A DNA stretch of 64,000 nucleotides from an uncultured Eubacteriales bacterium (GCA_934378145.1 CAKXXW010000004.1:14658-78657), one strand, 5' to 3'; counted from the stretch's first letter, positions 27,914-34,292 are shown. The notes: generated by a model from the letters alone, not told the origin. Program-made: numbers and translations.

Positions 27914-29326
27914 ATGGCAAACACGCAACCCGCAAAGAAAAGCTATTTCTTCGGAAAAGGCTATGTTGATTTGTGGAACACAATCAAAGAATCATGGGCA
28001 AGGAACTTTCAGTCCGCAGGTAGGCAGTTCGCTCTTGCCAAGGCAAACAGAGTCCTCAGCATAAAGGGTGGAATTCATCTTATCGCCGCAATCTGTATCG
28101 TTACATTCGGCAGCGTTATTTCGGCTTTTACCACTCTGTTCCACATTACCGTTCTGTTTGCGTTTTTCGCTTTGATCTATGTAGGTTTCAGTATCGTCTG
28201 GCTGATTGACAGGATCTACATAATGATAAATAAGATCAAAAACGCCTGTCCGAATCCCGATTGTCAGGCGTCGTTCCTCATCCCGGTCTATGAATGTCCG
28301 CAGTGCGGCGCAAAGCATACGAAGCTGGTACCCGGAAAGTACGGAATTTTCAAACGCACCTGCAATTGCGGACATAAGCTCCCCACGACCTTCCTGAACG
28401 GTCGCGGACGACTTAAGGCTTATTGTCCGAAATGCGGTAATGCGCTGTCCGGAGACACAGCGAGCCGTCAGTATGCATTTCCCGTTATCGGCGGACCGTC
28501 CGTCGGCAAGACCTGCTTCATCAATATGGCTATTGACCAGATGATGACCGATGTTGCCCCCCAACGCGGCTGGCAAATGAACTTTATTTCCGAAACCGAA
28601 GAAAAGGACCATGATCTCGCTATGAGGTCGCTGAATCAGGGCGTCCGTTTGTTGAAGACCGAACTTGACTCCCTTACCGCTTATCAGTTGATGCTTAAGC
28701 TGCCCAAGGAAAAGATCGGTCGCCGCATTTACATTTATGATATTTCGGGTGAAATGTTTTCGAGCAGCGGTGATGTTCAGCACAACCTTGCGTACAGCTA
28801 TGCAAACGGTTTTATATTTATTATCGACCCGCTTACTCTGAGTCAGTTTGCTATGGATGTTGAGGATAAACTTGACCCGGCTTCTTACGGTGCAAGCTCC
28901 AAGGACTTTGATGACATTCTCAACATTATGCTGATTAACCTTGAGAAAATGTTCAACCTGAAGGATAAGGATATATTGAAGCGCGATCTTGCGGTGGTGA
29001 TCAACAAGGTAGATATTCCCACTTTGGAGGAGAAGATCGGAGAGACCGCGGTGAGACAGTACCTTGATGATAACGCCGATACCTGCAAGACATATCCGGA
29101 TGCCCGCGACGCGGTTTGCCGCAGCTTCCTCGAGGAATACGGTGCCGGCAACTTTGTCCGTACCGCGGAAGCCAAGTTCAAAACGGTCAGATACTTTACC
29201 TGCAGCGCCCTCGGTCATAACAATGAGGGGCAGCCTTATGAAGGCAAGAATGTTGTCGATCCGGTAATGTGGTTGCTCCAGCGTGCTGATTCAAGCATTA
29301 AGATTGATCAACCGGTAACAAAGTAA
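27914..29326 (+). CDS. membrane-anchored zinc-ribbon P-loop GTPase (paralogue of 23929-25044)
   Basis: Two TM helices (about residues 52-100) and four Cys pairs (C112/C117, C128/C131, C150/C152, C171/C174). G1 is GGPSVGKT (28490-28513), G3 is DISGE (D276-G279), and G4 is NKVD (N364-D367). It shares hhhhDPL(Q/T)L after G3 with the other GTPase. Confidence 0.7.
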   Translation: MANTQPAKKSYFFGKGYVDLWNTIKESWARNFQSAGRQFALAKANRVLSIKGGIHLIAAICIVTFGSVISAFTTLFHITVLFAFFALIYVGFSIVWLIDRIYIMINKIKNACPNPDCQASFLIPVYECPQCGAKHTKLVPGKYGIFKRTCNCGHKLPTTFLNGRGRLKAYCPKCGNALSGDTASRQYAFPVIGGPSVGKTCFINMAIDQMMTDVAPQRGWQMNFISETEEKDHDLAMRSLNQGVRLLKTELDSLTAYQLMLKLPKEKIGRRIYIYDISGEMFSSSGDVQHNLAYSYANGFIFIIDPLTLSQFAMDVEDKLDPASYGASSKDFDDILNIMLINLEKMFNLKDKDILKRDLAVVINKVDIPTLEEKIGETAVRQYLDDNADTCKTYPDARDAVCRSFLEEYGAGNFVRTAEAKFKTVRYFTCSALGHNNEGQPYEGKNVVDPVMWLLQRADSSIKIDQPVTK

Positions 29327-29333
29327 TTATGTT

Positions 29334-29384
29334 CTGAAAGCACTTCGTCGGAGCAGCGAAAAGCCCTGACCGAAGTGCTTTCAG
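29334..29384 (+). promoter_or_regulatory. intercistronic stem-loop (14-bp perfect stem, 23-nt loop, no T-tract)
   Basis: CTGAAAGCACTTCG (29334-29347) pairs with CGAAGTGCTTTCAG (29371-29384). Confidence 0.5.
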
Positions 29385-29412
29385 AGTTTACGGTATGACG
29401 GAGGGAACTGCC

Positions 29413-30117
29413 ATGAGGGGGCTTAAGGTATGCATTGCTTTACTTAATATTGCCGTTACGGTTGCTTTTCTGTATTTCGAAAATCGTCTGTCGCCGGCGG
29501 CTATGGGGATCGCAGTGCTGTTTTTTACTCTCAGCTCGGCACTTCATTTGACGGCACACGAATGCGGACATCTTGTCGGTGGTGCTGTAAGCGGGTATAA
29601 ATTATTGTGTCTGCAACTCGGTCCGCTGAATATTGTCAGCAAAAAGGGCAAGTTCGTTCTCGTGTGGAAAATGTCTTTTGACGGACAGTGCGTAATGATA
29701 CCGGAGCATACGGATCCGGTGCGTTTTATGTCATATAATATTGGAGGCGTCATTGCAAATGCTTTGATTGCGGTTCTGAGCTTTACGGCTTTGATCACAG
29801 GATCCTTCCGGTCCCGGCTACTGTTTATCGAACTTATATTTGTCGGCATACAAAAAATATTGCTGAACACAATTCCTCATAAAACGGGTTCGGTACCGAA
29901 TGACGGATACATTGTGCGGCTTCTTAAGGGAAATACTGCTGTTCAAAAGGATTATGCGATGTATTTAAGACTTTACGGTAAGCTGTTTTCGGCTGAAGAC
30001 ATAAAGGTTCAGGATTTTATGTACGAACGGGAGGAGCCCGGAAATGAGGAAGAAATGCTATATTACAATGAGATCATGGATATACTGAACTCCGTGAATT
30101 CGCAGACAAATAAGTGA
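29413..30117 (+). CDS. polytopic membrane zinc metalloprotease, site-2-protease (M50)-like
   Basis: GGAGGG at 29400-29405 precedes the ATG at 29413. HECGH (29557-29571) lies within a TM helix. A later LNTIPHKTGSVPNDGY resembles the S2P NxxPxxxxDG motif. Several TM segments are present. Confidence 0.65.
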   Translation: MRGLKVCIALLNIAVTVAFLYFENRLSPAAMGIAVLFFTLSSALHLTAHECGHLVGGAVSGYKLLCLQLGPLNIVSKKGKFVLVWKMSFDGQCVMIPEHTDPVRFMSYNIGGVIANALIAVLSFTALITGSFRSRLLFIELIFVGIQKILLNTIPHKTGSVPNDGYIVRLLKGNTAVQKDYAMYLRLYGKLFSAEDIKVQDFMYEREEPGNEEEMLYYNEIMDILNSVNSQTNK

Positions 30118-30149
30118 AAGGCAGAAGATGATTCATCTTCTGCCTTTCA
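30113..30149. terminator. perfect 37-nt palindrome (18-bp arms) at the end of the array; candidate right attachment-site remnant
   Basis: GTGAAAGGCAGAAGATGA-t-TCATCTTCTGCCTTTCAC. It overlaps the stop codon of the protease gene. Confidence 0.55.
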
Positions 30150-30366
30150 CTTATCGGGAATTATCGGTAGCTCTATCGGCGAGCGGTCGGTGGTGTTTTC
30201 GGGGCTGTCTGTACTTTGATCGGGAGTCGCGGGAGTGCTTTCCGCAGTCGTTTTTTTGGGCTCTTCCGATTCACTCACGAAGGAAGCAAAACTCGCCCGC
30301 GCCATGTGGGTCTACGGAAATGCCGCAAAGACCTTTGCGGGAATATGATCGTCGGAGGCAGGAATA

Positions 30367-30489
30367 ATGAATCACACCGAAAAAGAAGTTTACGAGATCC
30401 CGCATATAGAGATCATCGCTCTGTCGACAGAGGATATAATGAGTGCATCCGACGAGGCATTTGAGATAGAAGACGAGTTGGAGATTTAA
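30367..30489 (+). CDS. 40-codon mini-ORF with its own SD and terminator
   Basis: GGAGG at 30354-30358 lies 8 nt before the ATG. The peptide is MNHTEKEVYEIPHIEIIALSTEDIMSASDEAFEIEDELEI, and a strong terminator follows. It is below the size cut-off of the supplied track. Confidence 0.35.
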   Translation: MNHTEKEVYEIPHIEIIALSTEDIMSASDEAFEIEDELEI

Positions 30490-30495
30490 GGAAAA

Positions 30496-30526
30496 AGCCT
30501 TCCGCCCTACGGCGGAAGGCTTTTTT
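30496..30526 (+). terminator. rho-independent terminator
   Basis: AGCCTTCCGCC-ctac-GGCGGAAGGCT followed by TTTTTT. Confidence 0.8.
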
Positions 30527-30550
30527 GTTATATAAAATGACGGTCTGCGG

Positions 30551-30579
30551 TTGATTATTTTCGCCGACTATGTTATAAT
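30551..30579 (+). promoter_or_regulatory. sigma-A-type promoter (extended -10) driving the structured leader
   Basis: TTGATT (30551-30556), 17 nt, TGtTATAAT (TATAAT at 30574-30579). Confidence 0.55.
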
Positions 30580-30587
30580 TCAGTTAA

Positions 30588-30764
30588 TCTTTAAGGCATC
30601 ACCGCGCAATTCCGATGGTGCAATTGCGAAGTCGAATTTTTCGTCAGACGATACAAAAATTCGCAGGCTGTAGCCGAGCTACAGGCAAGGATTTTTGTGA
30701 AGTATGACGGGAAAGGCGCGAGCAAGTGTGCCAATCGCGAATTGCGCGGTGATGCCTTAAGGAG
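30588..30764 (+). promoter_or_regulatory. structured 5' leader / unclassified cis-regulatory RNA candidate (or a MITE-like inverted-repeat element)
   Basis: A perfect 22-bp inverted repeat pairs 30591-30612 (TTAAGGCATCACCGCGCAATTC) with 30739-30760. Pairing can extend about 3 bp into the SD GGAG (30761-30764). Internal hairpins lie at 30633-30663 and 30668-30684. Confidence 0.5.
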
Positions 30765-30772
30765 AATTTCAT

Positions 30773-31696
30773 ATGAAAAGGATCGTATCTGTTATGCTTT
30801 GCGGATTTATGATGTTTTCGATGGCAGCCTGCGCTGCCGGCGGATCGGGAGAGGTATCTTCGACGACGACCGGTGCGCTTTCTTCGGATGTCCCGACCTC
30901 ACCCGGCACGACGACCGGCACGCCCGGTGAGGTCTACACGCCCGTTGTATCCGAGCCGCGCGACATATCGAAGGAATACCGTGTACTGCTGATAGGCAAC
31001 AGCTTTACATACTATAACGAGATGAACCGCCCGAACGGTATCTTCTATCAGCTCGCGACGAACGCCGGATACCGTGTGACGGTCGATTCGGTCTACAAAG
31101 GCGGATACTACCTGCACCAGTTCCTCAACGAAAAGGACGAATACGGTGCGAAGGTGCTTGAGCTTCTGAACACCGTGAAGTACGATATGGTCGTGCTTCA
31201 GGATCAGAGCGCGGCGCCTATCACGAATCCGGGAGATTTCTACGATTCCTGCCGCAGCTTCAAGAAACTTATAGACAAAAACGGCGCCGAGATGTGGCTC
31301 TACCAGACATGGGGCTACAAGGACGGGTACAAGGATCTCACAAAATTCGGCAAGGACACCTTCGATATGGAGATGAAGCTCCGTGCGGGCTATGCGGCTA
31401 TCGGAAAAGAGCTTTCGGTGCCTGTGGTCTACGCGGGTGCGGCGTTCTCGAGATCGTATAAGGATCACCCCGAGATAGAGCTTTACTACACCGACATAAA
31501 GCACCCGGGCGTCATGGGCAGCTACCTTATCGCATGGACGCTTTTCGGAACGATGTTCGGTGTCGACCCGTCGACTCTGACCTGCGACGGCACGGTCGAT
31601 CCGGAATATGCGAAGCTCCTTCGCGAGGCTGCGTCCTATATCGTGAAGAACGGTGCGCCGGTAGAAGCTTCGTTGACAGTGACAACTACAACATAA
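30773..31696 (+). CDS. lipoprotein with an SGNH/DUF4886-like hydrolase domain (apparently truncated by a frameshift)
   Basis: A signal peptide with lipobox (FSMAAC), RVLLIGNSFTYYN (block I-like), and paralogy to the 54246-55730 protein. Confidence 0.7.
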   Translation: MKRIVSVMLCGFMMFSMAACAAGGSGEVSSTTTGALSSDVPTSPGTTTGTPGEVYTPVVSEPRDISKEYRVLLIGNSFTYYNEMNRPNGIFYQLATNAGYRVTVDSVYKGGYYLHQFLNEKDEYGAKVLELLNTVKYDMVVLQDQSAAPITNPGDFYDSCRSFKKLIDKNGAEMWLYQTWGYKDGYKDLTKFGKDTFDMEMKLRAGYAAIGKELSVPVVYAGAAFSRSYKDHPEIELYYTDIKHPGVMGSYLIAWTLFGTMFGVDPSTLTCDGTVDPEYAKLLREAASYIVKNGAPVEASLTVTTTT

Positions 31697-32100
31697 AGGG
31701 CGAGAAGGATTCTCTGTCGCATTACAACGGTCTTATAACTCTCAATTTCGGCGAGATAGTCAGCTTTGACGCGATCGGGTATATGTCGGGCAACCTCAAG
31801 GGCTTTGCGCAGGCGCAGGATGTCTATGTAAGCGACGACGGGGTTAATTGGACGAAGGTCGAGTCGGCGTGCTACGATGCGTTCCGGACTCCTCTGAAGA
31901 GCGTGGATCTATCGGAAATGAAGGACCCGTACAACGGAAACAAGGCGGGTGTCGGCGTTATGTTCTCTATGAAGGGCTATTCCGGAAAGTACATAAGGAT
32001 CGGCATCTACCGCGGAGGCATGATAAACACGAACACGACCGGTCTGCAGCAGATCAACACGCGCGAGATCGTGGTCTTCGGAAGCAGAAAGGCTTCCTGA
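31672..32100 (+). pseudogene. discoidin (F5/8 type C)-like carbohydrate-binding domain with no start codon of its own; probably the frame-shifted C-terminus of 30773-31696
   Basis: The other frame reads ...VDSDNYNIKGEKDSLSHYNGLITLNFGEIVSFDAIGYMSG...YVSDDGVNWTKV...YIRIGIYRGG. There is no SD or plausible start, and the two frames overlap between 31534 and 31696. Confidence 0.5.
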
Positions 32101-32127
32101 GACGGCGGGAATTATAAAACAGCAACG

Positions 32128-32163
32128 ATCCCCCGCGAGCCGTATAAACGGCTCGCGGGGGAT
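32128..32163. terminator. rho-independent terminator
   Basis: ATCCCCCGCGAGCCG-tataaa-CGGCTCGCGGGGGAT followed by a T-rich tail. Confidence 0.75.
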
Positions 32164-32327
32164 TTAGTTTATTTACAGGGTGTTTGTCTTCAAAAATTTA
32201 ACGGCGCTTTTTCTTTGCAGGTAGGACGCGCAAAGAAAAAGCTAAGCAAAAAGAAACGCGGTAAAGGGGATTTCGCCCTCTGCGGAGGGCGACCAAAGGC
32301 TCTGCCTTTGGATTCCGCAAGCCTTTG

Positions 32328-32460
32328 AAAAGGCTTGACCTAAACTTGATAAAGGCTTCGGGTGAAGACATCACCTTCCGGTGCATGATCCGCGATCCGG
32401 CGCTGCGGGTCGCACCCGCAAAAGGCTTGACCTAAACTTGATAAACGCCGCGGGTGAAGA
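32328..32460. repeat. 41-nt imperfect direct repeat within a hairpin-rich intergenic cluster
   Basis: AAAAGGCTTGACCTAAACTTGATAAAGGCTTCGGGTGAAGA (32328-32368) versus AAAAGGCTTGACCTAAACTTGATAAACGCCGCGGGTGAAGA (32420-32460), with 3 mismatches. Confidence 0.7.
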
Positions 32461-32465
32461 AATAA

Positions 32466-34280
32466 TCAGCTCTTGTGTATCCACGCCGCCATGAGCGACT
32501 CTTCCGAGTAGGTCTGACCCGCCGAGGCATAATCGGTGAGCCTCATATTTCCGACTCTGAGGCAAAGCCTTGCATCCGGGATCTCGGGGCAGGGAGCTTC
32601 CTCGGTCTTCACGCTTCCGTCGGGCAGAAGCTCGGGTGCGATCACCTCTTCGGCGGTATATCCGAGCCTCGCGTCGGCGGCGAGCGTTATGCATCCGCGT
32701 CTGAACGCTATATATTCGTTTTCGCCCGGTGCGCCCTTTTCGGGGAAGATCGGGAAAATCCTCATATCGAAGCCTATATGTATCTCTTCCGCGCCCTTAC
32801 CGAGCTGAAGCTCAAGGTAGCCCTGCTTCGCTTCGAGACATTCTCTGCCGAAAGAGACCCTTGTGCGCTTGCTGTATGCCGGTATGCGAAGAAAGAGCTT
32901 TTCCACCCGCGAGGTATCGCCCGTGAGCTTTATCACGATCTCTCCGCGGTAGGGGTATCCTCCGCTGACAAACAGGCAAAGTGCCTTTCCGTCGCCGAAG
33001 GTCAGGTTATATTCGCCGTCCTGGTAGAAATTCAGATAAAGGCTGTTCCCGCGCATGACAAGGCTTTCCTTTGCGACATATCCGATCCCCGCTGCACCAA
33101 TGCAGGCACAGCAGCCGTAGAACGAGCCGTTCTCCATCTTTTGGAAGCCCCCTACCTTCTTGCCGCGCACACCGTCGCGAAGGGGCGAGTAGCTGTCAAA
33201 GGGCAGGAATGCCGAATAGACGCTTCCGTCCTTGGTCTTCATTTCAAGGGCGTTTTTATGCGTATTGAGCGAGCCGAGCCAATCGTTATACAGGCTTATT
33301 TCGACCGTATCGGCGTAAACGGGATCCCCCGTAAGGCGCAGGAGTTGCAGGCAGAAGCCTATCAGTGTCACGGAAACACAGGTCTCCTGCATTATCCCCT
33401 GAAACGCGTCGTCGGTCTGCGCGAATGACGAGTGGTCGAAAAGCTCATGCGTGCAGCCGCAGCAGCCGATCACCGTGACATCGGCAGAGAGGAGCCTCCT
33501 TGCGAAATTCATAACGGCGCGGCGGTACTTTTCCTCTCCCGTGACGAAATAGTATTCCGCGAGTCCCTGAAAGCACGACATAGTTTCGTAGGCCTTCGTT
33601 TCGGGATATTCGTAGGGGTCGAGCTTATCCTCCGCCGCGAGCGTGAATATGCGGCTGCCGAGGTTTTCACCTTCGGCGACAAGCTCCGAGGCGTAGTCGA
33701 GGTAACGCCGCTCGCCCGTTATATTGTAGAGCTTCACGAAGGGTTCGAGTATCGAAAGGGCATTGACCCCCATCCAGAAATCGGAGGTCGAGGAGACAGG
33801 GATCTTGCCCTCTCCGCTCCCCGTCTTTTCGGTTATGCGGTCGGCGTGGCGGCAGAGGGCGGTGATTATCCTCGCTTTAAGCTCTTCCGCGCGACAGATC
33901 GGGAGGAAGAATTCGAGCGCGAGCATGATATATTTGCGCCCCCACATATCCCATCCCGAAAATTCGGTCTCTTCGGTATAGGTCGAGAAGCGCCCATCGC
34001 TGTCCTGCGCCGAGAGAAGGTCTTCGACAGCCTCCCTAAGCACCGAATAGAGCTTTTCGTCGTGCGTTACCTCAAAGACGAGGCAGGCGCCGCGCATCAT
34101 TTTGCCGAAGTATTCGCACCTCCAGCCCCGGTTTGCCGAGTCGGACTTTATCCTGTACTGCCGCACGAATTCCTTCCATCTTCCGGTGTCAAGGAGCTGA
34201 TTTTCGGTTATGAAGCTCAGCGCGTCGGCGAAGGCTCCCTGAAAATGCGTGTCGATGACGCTTCTTTCGTTGTTTTTCAT
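32466..34280 (-). CDS. GH127/DUF1680-like glycoside hydrolase (beta-L-arabinofuranosidase family-like)
   Basis: The protein is about 600 aa. QETCVS (Glu-x-Cys) and YGCCACIG (Cys-Cys) are arranged like the Zn/Cys catalytic motifs of GH127 as I remember them. Confidence 0.6.
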   Translation of the reverse strand: MKNNERSVIDTHFQGAFADALSFITENQLLDTGRWKEFVRQYRIKSDSANRGWRCEYFGKMMRGACLVFEVTHDEKLYSVLREAVEDLLSAQDSDGRFSTYTEETEFSGWDMWGRKYIMLALEFFLPICRAEELKARIITALCRHADRITEKTGSGEGKIPVSSTSDFWMGVNALSILEPFVKLYNITGERRYLDYASELVAEGENLGSRIFTLAAEDKLDPYEYPETKAYETMSCFQGLAEYYFVTGEEKYRRAVMNFARRLLSADVTVIGCCGCTHELFDHSSFAQTDDAFQGIMQETCVSVTLIGFCLQLLRLTGDPVYADTVEISLYNDWLGSLNTHKNALEMKTKDGSVYSAFLPFDSYSPLRDGVRGKKVGGFQKMENGSFYGCCACIGAAGIGYVAKESLVMRGNSLYLNFYQDGEYNLTFGDGKALCLFVSGGYPYRGEIVIKLTGDTSRVEKLFLRIPAYSKRTRVSFGRECLEAKQGYLELQLGKGAEEIHIGFDMRIFPIFPEKGAPGENEYIAFRRGCITLAADARLGYTAEEVIAPELLPDGSVKTEEAPCPEIPDARLCLRVGNMRLTDYASAGQTYSEESLMAAWIHKS

Positions 34281-34292
34281 AGGGGTGTTTCC

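Larger units (their letters stand above)
15928..30149 (+). mobile_element. putative integrated genomic island (integrase plus Hsp70/GTPase cargo)
   Basis: A tyrosine integrase lies just inside the left end, next to an AT-rich region with direct repeats. GC and third-position GC are visibly lower than in the flanks. Similar hairpins sit at both ends. The exact boundaries are uncertain. Confidence 0.5.

Noticed and set aside
30132-30305. A 57-codon minus-strand ORF (MARASFASFVSESEEPKKTTAESTPATPDQ...IIPDK) ending inside the 30113-30149 palindrome.
   Set aside because: There is no SD upstream of its ATG, a stop lies three codons upstream in frame, and the composition is low-complexity. Its stop codon is just the mirror image of the TGA in the palindrome's other arm. 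At most it is a decayed gene remnant.
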